DNA of 64,000 nucleotides from Ignavibacteriota bacterium (GTDB lineage Bacteria > Bacteroidota > Ignavibacteria > UBA10030), in assembly GCA_022616555.1 (NCBI GenBank), contig JAKEEG010000075.1, positions 59,451 through 123,450 of the forward strand, given 5' to 3'. The notes below the pieces were generated by a model that saw only the letters and a list, made by a program, of their open reading frames with translations, ran no database searches and was not told the DNA's origin. A program made the position numbers and the translations under genes. Below, piece by piece: positions 29,306 to 37,740 of this stretch (positions are counted from its first letter, which is position 1; each line of letters opens with the position of its first letter).

Positions 29306-30304
29306 TCATTCTTCTGGTGTAGGCGTGCCGCGCTTCAATATCTCATTCGCTAAGTTTAAAATAGGCTGAGTGCTGCGAAAATTCTCCTCCAACTTAATGG
29401 TCTTGGCCTCCGGAAACATCTCACCGAACTCCAAAATATTTTTTATCGTAGACCCACGGAATGAATAGATGCTCTGCGCGTCATCGCCTACCACCATCAC
29501 GTTTTGGTGCTTGTAGGCAAGGAGCTTGACGATCTCCGCTTGAATCCGGTTCGTATCCTGATACTCATCGACCATAATATATTTATACTGCTCCGAGAGC
29601 ATTGCCCGCACGGCAGTATGATGCTGCAGGAGCTTGGCGAGATTCAACAGCAAATCGTCGTAGTCCATCATGTTATGCTCGCGCTTGTAGAGCACGTACG
29701 CCTGATGCAGCGCGTTGATCTCCGTCTCTAACTCGATGTACTGTGGATAGTCCTCCATGAGCATGGCGCCGAGAGGAGTCATCGTGTTCACCGAGCGGCT
29801 ATACAGATCGAATAACGCCTCCTTGCGCGGGAAGCGCTTGTCGCGCGTGTCGTACTTCATCCGCGTGCGGAGAAGATTCATCACATCCTCGCCGTCCGTT
29901 TGGTCGAGGATGGTGTAGTTTCGTTCGTACGCAAGCAGACTTCCGTGCTTCCGTAGGACGGTGTTGGCAAACGAGTGGAACGTCCCGCCCGCCACGCGGT
30001 CGCAGCGGCTGTCCAGCGCTATGGTTGCGCGTCGCTGCATTTCCTGCGCCGCTTTGCGCGTGAAAGTGAGTAGGAGAATGTGCTCTGGTTTCACACCCAA
30101 TTCGACGAGATACGCAACACGATAGACAATCGTGCGCGTTTTGCCCGTCCCGGCTCCCGCAATGACCAAATGCGGGCCGTCGACCGACGTGACCGCCTCG
30201 TACTGCGCCTCGTTCAGCTCGTTCTTGTAATCAATGACGAACTTCTGCGGATGGACGAGTCGCAGATTGTCGGTTGGTAGAGATTTGAGAGTGAATTTTT
30301 TCAT
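29306..30304 (-). CDS. UvrD/PcrA-family helicase, N-terminal half (motifs Q, I, Ia, Ib, II, III, IV)
   Basis: LNEAQYEAV, AGAGTGKT, LTFTRKAA, TFHS, VDEYQDT, VGDDAQSIYSFRG, LEENFRST, then stop after KRGTPTPEE. Confidence 0.92.
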   Translation of the reverse strand: MKKFTLKSLPTDNLRLVHPQKFVIDYKNELNEAQYEAVTSVDGPHLVIAGAGTGKTRTIVYRVAYLVELGVKPEHILLLTFTRKAAQEMQRRATIALDSRCDRVAGGTFHSFANTVLRKHGSLLAYERNYTILDQTDGEDVMNLLRTRMKYDTRDKRFPRKEALFDLYSRSVNTMTPLGAMLMEDYPQYIELETEINALHQAYVLYKREHNMMDYDDLLLNLAKLLQHHTAVRAMLSEQYKYIMVDEYQDTNRIQAEIVKLLAYKHQNVMVVGDDAQSIYSFRGSTIKNILEFGEMFPEAKTIKLEENFRSTQPILNLANEILKRGTPTPEE

Positions 30305-30346
30305 TGAGCTTATTTCTGACTCTAAAGTGGGTTCAATTCATTACCT

Positions 30347-30403
30347 GCACGGAGCATGGGTGCAACGGTGAGTTATTTCTCCGTTGCCCCGTCGCTCTGA
30401 TGC
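30347..30403. repeat. Imperfect inverted repeat of short-period units
   Basis: GCACGGAGCATGGGTGCAACGG / CCGTTGCCCCGTCGCTCTGATGC. Confidence 0.5.
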
Positions 30404-30416
30404 GCTTTAATCATCG

Positions 30417-30779
30417 CTAAATTCGTTCAAGTTGAGGAACCGTCCGCTCATTGACAACATTTCCAGTGTTAAGCGTCGTCTTTGGTTCCAACAAAATGAC
30501 TTCCACCTCCTCCTCAGCAACAGGCTTGTGCTCGACGCCTTTCGGAACGATGATAAACTCCCCCTCTTCCACCCACACATCTCCATCGCGGAGCTTCATC
30601 AAGAAACGACCCTTGTGGACAAAGAATAGCTCGTCCTCGTTGTCGTGATGATGCCACACGAACTCGCCCTTAAATTTCACAAACTTCACGTACGAGTCGT
30701 TGATCTCTCCTGCAATCTTTGGCTTCCAGTGCTCGTTGAAGAGTTTGAATTTCTGGTTCAGGTTAACCTTAGTCAGCAT
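30417..30779 (-). CDS. Cupin-domain protein
   Basis: GEFVWHHHDNEDELF, GEFIIVPKGVEHKP, NTGN. AAGGAG SD. Confidence 0.93.
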   Translation of the reverse strand: MLTKVNLNQKFKLFNEHWKPKIAGEINDSYVKFVKFKGEFVWHHHDNEDELFFVHKGRFLMKLRDGDVWVEEGEFIIVPKGVEHKPVAEEEVEVILLEPKTTLNTGNVVNERTVPQLERI

Positions 30780-30857
30780 AACTTACACTCCTTTATGCGG
30801 ATTTCGCGGATTCACGCGGATACGTACTCCAAAATGATTGCAATATAGCGAAACAAT

Positions 30858-30973
30858 ATCCCCCTCCTTCTCAAGGAGGGGTTAGGGGTGGTTAGTTTTT
30901 TGATCTTACTTCAAGCAAAAGTGAACCCGTTAAAGCTCACCACCCCTTGCCCCTCCTCAAAGAGGAGGGGGAT
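30858..30973. repeat. Paired CCCCTCCT-AGGAGGGG palindromic elements in inverted orientation
   Basis: ATCCCCCTCCTT-CTC-AAGGAGGGGTTAGGGGTGGT ... ACCACCCCTTGCCCCTCCT-CAAAG-AGGAGGGGGAT. Confidence 0.85.
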
Positions 30974-31019
30974 GCTCTAAATATAAGTTCCGACGATTAC
31001 TCCCTAAACGGTACCAACA

Positions 31020-31050
31020 ACCTATCACCTACAACCTACCACCTACCACC
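31020..31050. repeat. 7-bp tandem repeat (ACCTAYC) immediately after the pgi stop
   Basis: ACCTATC ACCTACA ACCTACC ACCTACC ACC. Confidence 0.75.
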
Positions 31051-32688
31051 TTATTTCGCCTGCTCTCTATAAAACTCAATCAAAGCATTTGTCGATGAAT
31101 CGTGTCCGCTTATTGGCGCGGAGCCTTGAAGTTCCGGCAGAATCACCTTCGCTAACTGCTTACCCAACTCAACTCCCCACTGGTCGAACGAATTGACCTG
31201 CCAGATAATTCCCTGCACGAAAATCTTATGCTCGTACATGGTAATGAGCGAGCCCAACACGCGCGGCGTAAGCTTTTTGAAGAAAATCGTATTCGTCGGG
31301 CGGTTGCCGGGAAATACCTTATGCGGCAGGAGCTTTTCTAGTTCTGCCGCTGGCATACCGGCTAATTCCTTGCGCGCCTCTGCTTCGGTTCTGCCGCGCA
31401 TCAGGGCTTCAGTTTGAGCGATGATGTTGGAGATCAATATCGCGTGGTGCTCGCCGATGGGGTTATGCGACTGCATGGGCGCGAGGAAATCCGCCGGGAT
31501 AAGCTTCGTCCCCTGGTGCAATAGCTGAAAAAATGCGTGTTGGCCGTTTGTGCCCGGCTCGCCCCAGATCACGGGACCCGTTGAGTAATCCACCGCCGAG
31601 CCGTCACGCGTGACGCGCTTGCCGTTGCTCTCCATGTCGCCCTGCTGGAAATACGCCGCGAACCGGTGCATGTACTGGTCGTACGGAATAATGGCGTGCG
31701 TCTCCGCGCCGAAGAAATTATTATACCAAACGCCGAGTAGCGCGAGAATAACCGGAATGTTTTGCTCATATGGAGCAGAGCGGAAATGCTCGTCCATCTC
31801 GTGCGCGCCGGTGAGCAATTCCTCAAAATTATCCATGCCTATATAAAGAGCGATGGAGAGGCCGATAGCCGACCAGAGCGAGTAACGCCCGCCGACCCAA
31901 TCCCAGAACTCAAACATATTCCGCGTGTCGATGCCGAATGCCGAGACTGCCTTGGCGTTCGTGGAGACGGCAACGAAATGCTTCGCGACTGCGGCAGGGT
32001 CCTTGGCGCGCTCGAGAAACCACCGCTTCGCCGTTTCAGCGTTGGTGATGGTCTCCTGCGTGGTGAATGTCTTAGACGAGATCACAAACAGCGCCGTTTC
32101 GGGGTTGAGACGCTTGAGTGTTTCGGCGATGTGCGTGCCGTCCACATTGGAGACAAAGTGCATTTTCAACCGGGGATGTCCATATGGGCGTAACGCTTCG
32201 GTGACCATCACGGGACCCAAATCCGAGCCGCCTATGCCGATGTTCACCACGTCCGTGATCGGCAAGTCTGTGTAGCCTTTCCAAACGCCATTGCGGAGTG
32301 CGTCGGAAAACCCTCGCATGTGCGCCAATTCCTTGTTGACTGCCGGCATTACATCCTTGCCATCGACCATGACCGGCTTATTGGAGCGATTGCGCAGCGC
32401 GGTGTGCAACACCGCGCGCTGCTCGGTAAAGTTAATTTTCTCGCCACCAAACATTTTATCCGTCCAGCCCTTTACATCCGACTCCTGAGCTAACTGGCGC
32501 AGGAGCTTCATCGTCTCGGCGGTGATGCGGTTTTTGGAGCAGTCCAAAAGTATATCATTCCACCGCACAGAAAACGCGCGGAAGCGCTGTGGTTCCGCCG
32601 CAAACATCTCGCGCATGTGCTGGCTGGCGATGTCCCGTTGATGCTTAACGAGCGACCGCCAAGCCTGAGTTTGAGTTAATGAGGACAT
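31051..32688 (-). CDS. pgi: Glucose-6-phosphate isomerase
   Basis: [62 protein letters not shown]. Confidence 0.98.
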   Translation of the reverse strand: MSSLTQTQAWRSLVKHQRDIASQHMREMFAAEPQRFRAFSVRWNDILLDCSKNRITAETMKLLRQLAQESDVKGWTDKMFGGEKINFTEQRAVLHTALRNRSNKPVMVDGKDVMPAVNKELAHMRGFSDALRNGVWKGYTDLPITDVVNIGIGGSDLGPVMVTEALRPYGHPRLKMHFVSNVDGTHIAETLKRLNPETALFVISSKTFTTQETITNAETAKRWFLERAKDPAAVAKHFVAVSTNAKAVSAFGIDTRNMFEFWDWVGGRYSLWSAIGLSIALYIGMDNFEELLTGAHEMDEHFRSAPYEQNIPVILALLGVWYNNFFGAETHAIIPYDQYMHRFAAYFQQGDMESNGKRVTRDGSAVDYSTGPVIWGEPGTNGQHAFFQLLHQGTKLIPADFLAPMQSHNPIGEHHAILISNIIAQTEALMRGRTEAEARKELAGMPAAELEKLLPHKVFPGNRPTNTIFFKKLTPRVLGSLITMYEHKIFVQGIIWQVNSFDQWGVELGKQLAKVILPELQGSAPISGHDSSTNALIEFYREQAK

Positions 32689-32719
32689 TGTATAATAATT
32701 AATTTCGTTAACGTTTCGT

Positions 32720-32800
32720 CCCTTCTCCTCCAGGGGAAGGACAGGATGGGGTCATATAATCTTAAATGACCTCACCCTGCCCTCTCCTAGAGGAGAGGGT
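32720..32800. repeat. Paired CCCTCTCC-GGAGAGGG palindromic elements
   Basis: CCCTTCTCCTCCAGGGGAAGG..GGGGTCAT ... ATGACCTCACCCTG CCCTCTCCT-AG-AGGAGAGGG. Confidence 0.8.
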
Positions 32801-32897
32801 AACCCCGCTCGCGCATGTGCTGTTCTCGTCCGCCAGTGGCAGACTTCTGGTGCACCGCGAGCGCTTTATACGATGGGAGTTGGGTTAGAGAGGGCAT
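32787..32897 (-). pseudogene. Orphaned, diverged 5' fragment of pgi (36 aa)
   Basis: Translates MPSLTQLPSYKALAVHQKSATGGREQHMRERGYPLL*, versus the pgi N-terminus [27 protein letters not shown]. The 15-mer CTCGCGCATGTGCTG occurs at both 32608 and 32808. Confidence 0.8.
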
Positions 32898-32920
32898 GCG
32901 AAACCTTAAGCCAAAAAAAA

Positions 32921-34093
32921 TTAGTCCTTCAATAAATATTTAGTCAAGTCTATTTCCTTATTACCCTTTTTCCGATGTAAAATAAACTTGCTTTCTTCAA
33001 GGTGTATATGAACATGCCAGTAGGATTGCTCACCCAGGTCAGTTATGTTCATCCCGTCAACCCAATTATCAAACTCTCTGCTTGGTATTAATAAAATCGA
33101 GTCCTGAGAGCCACAACCAAAAGCAACAAATGAACTTTTTGATTCCTTTAGAATCTGTCTTTGATGTGGACGAAACCCAAACCAATAGGCAGGATTATTG
33201 CTGACAGTGTATTCTTTAGAAACTAAACATACTACAACTGTATCGTCATTAGGTGACGCGTACACAACTCGAGATCGGCGCAAAAGAGGTTTTTTTATTT
33301 TACCTTGGATCCTTTCTATGCTTTCTGCAGTAAACTTTGCCGTAACAAATTTCGTTGTTCTTTTCGTCTCCTCCCCTGGTTCTTCTTCGTTTTCCAATTC
33401 TTCCTCTTTGACATCTTCAGCAGTAGAAAACACGATATCGATTACACCATCTAGACGAGTATATTCTCGGGGCAATAATACTTCAGAAATTTGTTTAATT
33501 ATCCTAGGGTCTTCAACGTTTTCCTTCAGTTTTAACATTCTTATTAATGCATCGACGCTGATTAGTCTTATGTCCCAAGCATGACGAGAACCTCTTATTT
33601 GAGCTTCTAAGTCACCAGTGTCATCCCTTCCGACAACAATGAGAATAGAAGATTTTTCTTCTTGAACTTTTTTCTTTAATGCCAATTCTTTACGATAGTC
33701 AGCTATTGCATCTAAATTAATCCTATACGTATCTGTAGTCTTAACTTCAATGACTATCGAATGATTGTCACTGTTTTTCCAAATACCATCATGACCTATT
33801 TCTACCCCACTTCCTCTGTACCTACCATATTCTATCTCAAACCCTAACCGCCTTCCTACTTGATTAACAATATCCTGCAATGCTAAACCATTGTCATCAA
33901 ATCTTTGAATTAGGCATTCATCGGCATACCTTGACAACATCTCCGAAGGCACTTGAGAAATAAAATCTCGAAATTCTTTTGAGGCATCTTTCCCGTCAAG
34001 CAATTTTCCCGAACCAGCGAAAGAAATTATTTGCTGCACTCGCTTATCGCGAAGCTGATCTGGGGATTTTTTCCAAATCTCTATTAAAGGCAT
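32921..34093 (-). CDS. AT-rich PD-(D/E)XK restriction-endonuclease-like protein
   Basis: LQDIVNQVGRRLGFEI...GHDGIW...IVIEVKTT motif. Visibly much more AT-rich than its neighbours. Confidence 0.7.
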   Translation of the reverse strand: MPLIEIWKKSPDQLRDKRVQQIISFAGSGKLLDGKDASKEFRDFISQVPSEMLSRYADECLIQRFDDNGLALQDIVNQVGRRLGFEIEYGRYRGSGVEIGHDGIWKNSDNHSIVIEVKTTDTYRINLDAIADYRKELALKKKVQEEKSSILIVVGRDDTGDLEAQIRGSRHAWDIRLISVDALIRMLKLKENVEDPRIIKQISEVLLPREYTRLDGVIDIVFSTAEDVKEEELENEEEPGEETKRTTKFVTAKFTAESIERIQGKIKKPLLRRSRVVYASPNDDTVVVCLVSKEYTVSNNPAYWFGFRPHQRQILKESKSSFVAFGCGSQDSILLIPSREFDNWVDGMNITDLGEQSYWHVHIHLEESKFILHRKKGNKEIDLTKYLLKD

Positions 34094-34214
34094 GGGTGGT
34101 TTCCTTATTATGTGGCTTGAAGAAGATACACCAAAAACCTCAAAAATGTTAACTGTTACTCACCTTGTGTTTACACCAACAAAAGAGTACGTTTTAAAGA
34201 CAAATTCATTAGTG

Positions 34215-34272
34215 CGGTCAGGACTTACGTCCTGACCGGCAGCACTATGCGTCAGGAGGAAACTCCTGACGC
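34215..34272. repeat. Two related GTCAGGA-TCCTGAC hairpins
   Basis: CGGTCAGGAC-TTAC-GTCCTGACCG and GCGTCAGGAG-GAAA-CTCCTGACGC. Confidence 0.8.
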
Positions 34273-34342
34273 CAAAAAGAGCATCCGTGCTGTTTCCGGT
34301 TTTTTATCCGCTGTTTCCGCGTCCTATTAACTCTAAAACAAC

Positions 34343-35590
34343 ATGAACATCCTAGTCCTCAACTGCGGCAGCTCGTCTCTCAAATTCCAGCTCATCGAAA
34401 CCGACCTCGACCTGATCGAGAAAAACGCCGACGCGCAAAAAGCCAAAGGCATCATCGAGCGCATCGGGAGCCAGGCGCTCATCACCGTACAGGCAGCGGG
34501 CAAGCCTGCCGTGAAGCAAGCAGCGCCGCTGCGTGACCACCGCGCTGCGCTGGACTACGTCCTGCGCTGGGTCATCTCCCCCGAAGCGCAAATCCCGGGC
34601 ATCCGCGCGCTCGCCGATATCCAAGCCGTCGGGCACCGCGTGGTGCACGGGGCTGAGAAGTTCGTCAAGTCCGTGGTCATCGACCAAAGCGTCATCGAAG
34701 GCATCGAGGACTGCATCGAGCTGGCACCACTGCACAACCCGGCAAACCTCAAGGGCATTTATGCCGCGCGAGAGCTGTTGGGCACGGGCGTTCCGCAGGT
34801 GGCAGTGTTCGATACGTCGTTCCACACTACGATGCCCGAAACGTCGTACCTCTACGCCATCCCGTATCAGTTGTATAGGCGGCATAAAATCCGGCGCTAC
34901 GGTTTCCACGGCACCTCGCACCGCTACGTGGCATACCGGTACCGGGAGATTGCAGGGCTGACGCGCGAGAAAACGAACATCATCAGCCTGCACCTCGGCA
35001 ACGGATGCTCGGCGTGCGCAATCCGCAACGGCGACTCTGTCGATACGACGATGGGCCTCACGCCGCTCGAGGGCTTGGTCATGGGCACACGCGGCGGCGA
35101 CATGGACCCGTCGATACTGGAATTCCTCGCCCACAAAGAAGGCATGTCGCTCACGGAAATCGACACGCTGCTCAACAAGCAATCCGGCTTACTCGGCATC
35201 TCCGGACTCACGAACGACATGCGCGAGCTACTCGAAGAAGAGCGCGAGCACAAAGACCGCCGCGCCACGCTCGCCATCGACCTGTTTTGCCTGCGCGTGA
35301 AGAAATACATCGGCGCGTATTTGGCTGAGCTGGGCGGGACGGACGCCATTGTGTTCACCGGCGGCATTGGAGAGAATTCTCCCGCCATCCGAGCGCGCAT
35401 CTGCACGGGGTTGGAGAACCTCGGCATCGCCATCGACGAGAAGCTCAACAACACGGCAACGGGCGGCAAGGAAGTTGAAATCAACAAAGCCGGCAACAAG
35501 CTGCGCATCCTCGTCATCCCCACGAACGAAGAATTGTTGATTGCGCGCGATACGGTTCGCAGTATTAAAGACGCGCCGCGCAGGTGGTAA
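34343..35590 (+). CDS. ackA: Acetate kinase
   Basis: ILVLNCGSSSLKFQL, GHRVVHG, APLHNP, RRYGFHGTSH, HLGNG, FTGGIGEN, IPTNEEL. Confidence 0.97.
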   Translation: MNILVLNCGSSSLKFQLIETDLDLIEKNADAQKAKGIIERIGSQALITVQAAGKPAVKQAAPLRDHRAALDYVLRWVISPEAQIPGIRALADIQAVGHRVVHGAEKFVKSVVIDQSVIEGIEDCIELAPLHNPANLKGIYAARELLGTGVPQVAVFDTSFHTTMPETSYLYAIPYQLYRRHKIRRYGFHGTSHRYVAYRYREIAGLTREKTNIISLHLGNGCSACAIRNGDSVDTTMGLTPLEGLVMGTRGGDMDPSILEFLAHKEGMSLTEIDTLLNKQSGLLGISGLTNDMRELLEEEREHKDRRATLAIDLFCLRVKKYIGAYLAELGGTDAIVFTGGIGENSPAIRARICTGLENLGIAIDEKLNNTATGGKEVEINKAGNKLRILVIPTNEELLIARDTVRSIKDAPRRW

Positions 35591-35594
35591 CGCG

Positions 35595-36188
35595 ATGAAA
35601 GCAAACACTACACTGTACATCAAAAACATGGTTTGCCCGCGATGCATTAAAGTCGTGCGGGAGGAACTGACAAAACTCGGGCTCGACGTCCGCAGCGTTG
35701 TGCTGGGCGAAGTCGAGGTCGCCGGCGATACGAGCGTGCTCCCATATGATAAGCTTAAGACTGTTTTGCACGAAAACGGCTTCGAGTTGATCGAAGACAA
35801 GCGCGCAAAGATCTTCGAAAAAATCAAGCACGCCGTTTTGAAGCTCGTCCAGAACGACGAGGAGAAAAATCCCATCCGCAAAAAGCACTCGGCTTTTATT
35901 GCCGAGGAAGTGGGACAGGATTACACCACGCTCAGCTCGCTCTTCTCGTCCGTGGAAGGCATCACGCTTGAGCACTACATTATCCTGCAGAAAATCGAGC
36001 GCGTGAAAGAGCTGCTGAAATACGACGAGCTCAGCCTGAGCGAGATTTCCTACAAGATGGGCTACAGCAGCGTGGCGCATGTCTCAAGCCAGTTCAAGAA
36101 AGTCACGGGTATGACGCCGCGGGAGTTCAAAAACCTCGGCGGCTCCCACCGCCACCCGATTGACCACGTCGGGCACGACAGGCATTAA
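35595..36188 (+). CDS. AraC-family regulator with N-terminal HMA-like CxxC domain
   Basis: IKNMVCPRC, and HTH LSEISYKMGYSSVAHVSSQFKKVTGMTP. Confidence 0.92.
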   Translation: MKANTTLYIKNMVCPRCIKVVREELTKLGLDVRSVVLGEVEVAGDTSVLPYDKLKTVLHENGFELIEDKRAKIFEKIKHAVLKLVQNDEEKNPIRKKHSAFIAEEVGQDYTTLSSLFSSVEGITLEHYIILQKIERVKELLKYDELSLSEISYKMGYSSVAHVSSQFKKVTGMTPREFKNLGGSHRHPIDHVGHDRH

Positions 36189-36295
36189 GTTAACCAACAA
36201 AACCCCCTGCATCCTTCGACAAGCTCAGGACGCGTCCCCCTGTTAGGGGGACAGAAAAAACCTCATATTTCCACGCAGATTGCGCTTCAATATCT

Positions 36296-36349
36296 TGTAA
36301 ATCTTTCCAATTTAAGTGTAAAACTTTTGGGTCACTCCAGCGGTATATT
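36296..36349 (+). promoter_or_regulatory. Putative AraC-activated promoter with 21-bp-period YRTAA direct repeat
   Basis: TGTAAATC (36296) and TGTAAAAC (36317), then a -10-like TATATT. Confidence 0.5.
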
Positions 36350-36373
36350 AATTCAACTTATACGGAGGAACTT

Positions 36374-36898
36374 ATGTCACCTGAATTAGAAAAAGAACTC
36401 GAAAGATTGAGCTTCGACGAACATACCCAGCATGACCATCATGCTCATATGAATCATCAGGATCAATCGAAGAAAACAGCAAGTGAATTCAAGCTCGCCG
36501 TCAACGCAACGCTTCATTGCCTGCTCGGATGTTTTATTGGAGAAATCATCGGTCTGCTCATCGCCGCTGCTTTGGGACTGAATACAATGGATTCCATGAT
36601 GCTCGCGCTGGCGATGGGCTTCGTCGCAGGATTATCGCTTGGCATCTTGCCGCTGTTAAAAGCCGGCTTCGCATTCTGGGCTGCGTTCAAGACCATTTTT
36701 GTTGCGGAGGGCTTGAGCATCGCCGTGATGGAAGGTTTCGAGATATTTGTTCAGTTACAGATCCCCGGTGCTATGGAAGCTGGGCTCACGGATTCATTAT
36801 TTTGGCTCAGCATGGCGGGCGGCCTCGCCGTTGGATTTATCGCCGCTTTACCCGTAAATTATGTGTTGATTAAACGAGGTATCCGCCATCAGCATTAA
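36374..36898 (+). CDS. DUF4396-family membrane protein with His-rich N-terminus
   Basis: ATLHCLLGCFIGEIIG, SIAVME, FW, PVNYVLIKRG. HTQHDHHAHMNH. Confidence 0.85.
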   Translation: MSPELEKELERLSFDEHTQHDHHAHMNHQDQSKKTASEFKLAVNATLHCLLGCFIGEIIGLLIAAALGLNTMDSMMLALAMGFVAGLSLGILPLLKAGFAFWAAFKTIFVAEGLSIAVMEGFEIFVQLQIPGAMEAGLTDSLFWLSMAGGLAVGFIAALPVNYVLIKRGIRHQH

Positions 36899-36917
36899 GT
36901 AATATGGTCGAAAAAGA

Positions 36918-36971
36918 TATAACAATTTTATAGAATTACATAAAACTTCTGCGATTCGTCGGCGTTATATG
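36918..36971 (+). promoter_or_regulatory. Second 21-bp-period YRTAA direct repeat upstream of copZ
   Basis: TATAACAA (36918) and CATAAAAC (36939), the same geometry as at 36296. Confidence 0.5.
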
Positions 36972-36988
36972 TCAGTAGGGACAAGAGC

Positions 36989-37065
36989 ATCCATGAAGTT
37001 CACGAAGAGGCACGAAGTAATATTTGTTTAGAAATTATTAGTGATCCTTAGTGCCCTTCGTGGAT
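36989..37065. repeat. Inverted pair of ~10-bp-period CACGAAG tandem repeats
   Basis: ATCCATGAAGTT CACGAAGAGG CACGAAG ... TTAGTGATCC TTAGTGCCC TTCGTGGAT. Confidence 0.7.
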
Positions 37066-37090
37066 AAAAATTCAAAAAGGGAACATCATC

Positions 37091-37300
37091 ATGAAAACCA
37101 AAGAACTCAAAATCGAAGGCATGAGCTGCGGACACTGCATCATGGCGGTCAAACATCAGCTCGACAAATTGTCGAATGTCAAAGTCGATGACGTGCAAAT
37201 CGGTACAGCGAAAGTACAGGTTGATGAAGCAATGGTGACAACCGAGCAGCTTTCGCGGGCAATCGAGAATGCCGGCTACAAGCTGCTGTCGGTCAACTAA
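37091..37300 (+). CDS. copZ: Copper chaperone (HMA domain)
   Basis: IEGMSCGHC, AIENAGY. 69 aa. Confidence 0.9.
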   Translation: MKTKELKIEGMSCGHCIMAVKHQLDKLSNVKVDDVQIGTAKVQVDEAMVTTEQLSRAIENAGYKLLSVN

Positions 37301-37327
37301 ATCCTAACCAATACAAGGAGCAGCATT

Positions 37328-37720
37328 ATGAACACATCCGCCCGTTTTGCGAAATGGGTGTTTTTGATCGCAGGCGTCTATGGCCTGATTGTCTCGGTTC
37401 CATTATTGTTCCTAGAAGAAAAAATGGGCATCGATTATCCGCCGCCGACCAACCATCCGGAACAATACTACGGCTTCACACTCGTGGTGATTGCGTGGGC
37501 GGTGCTGTTCATTTGCATCTCACGCGACCCGTTGAAATACAGGCTGATGATGATTCCCGCGATACTCGAAAAAATTCCCTATGCTGTTACTGTATTTATC
37601 CTCTCTTCGCAAGGGCGGATTGCGGAAATGAATGTCACGTTCGGCATCATTGATTTGGTATGGGGTATCTTGTTTACTATCGCATACTTCAAGACGAAAG
37701 AATCGACAATGACCGCTTGA
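37328..37720 (+). CDS. Hypothetical 4-TM membrane protein
   Basis: AAGGAG SD, hydrophobic helices, HPEQYYGF, ILEK. Confidence 0.8.
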   Translation: MNTSARFAKWVFLIAGVYGLIVSVPLLFLEEKMGIDYPPPTNHPEQYYGFTLVVIAWAVLFICISRDPLKYRLMMIPAILEKIPYAVTVFILSSQGRIAEMNVTFGIIDLVWGILFTIAYFKTKESTMTA

Positions 37721-37740
37721 ACAAGGATAGCGAGAACACA

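Noticed and set aside
29136-29308. Selenocysteine/readthrough or a self-splicing intron joining the uvrD halves
   Set aside because: Readthrough of the first TGA reaches a second TGA in a different frame from the C-half, so an additional frameshift would be needed. The insert is too short and lacks group I/II intron motifs.
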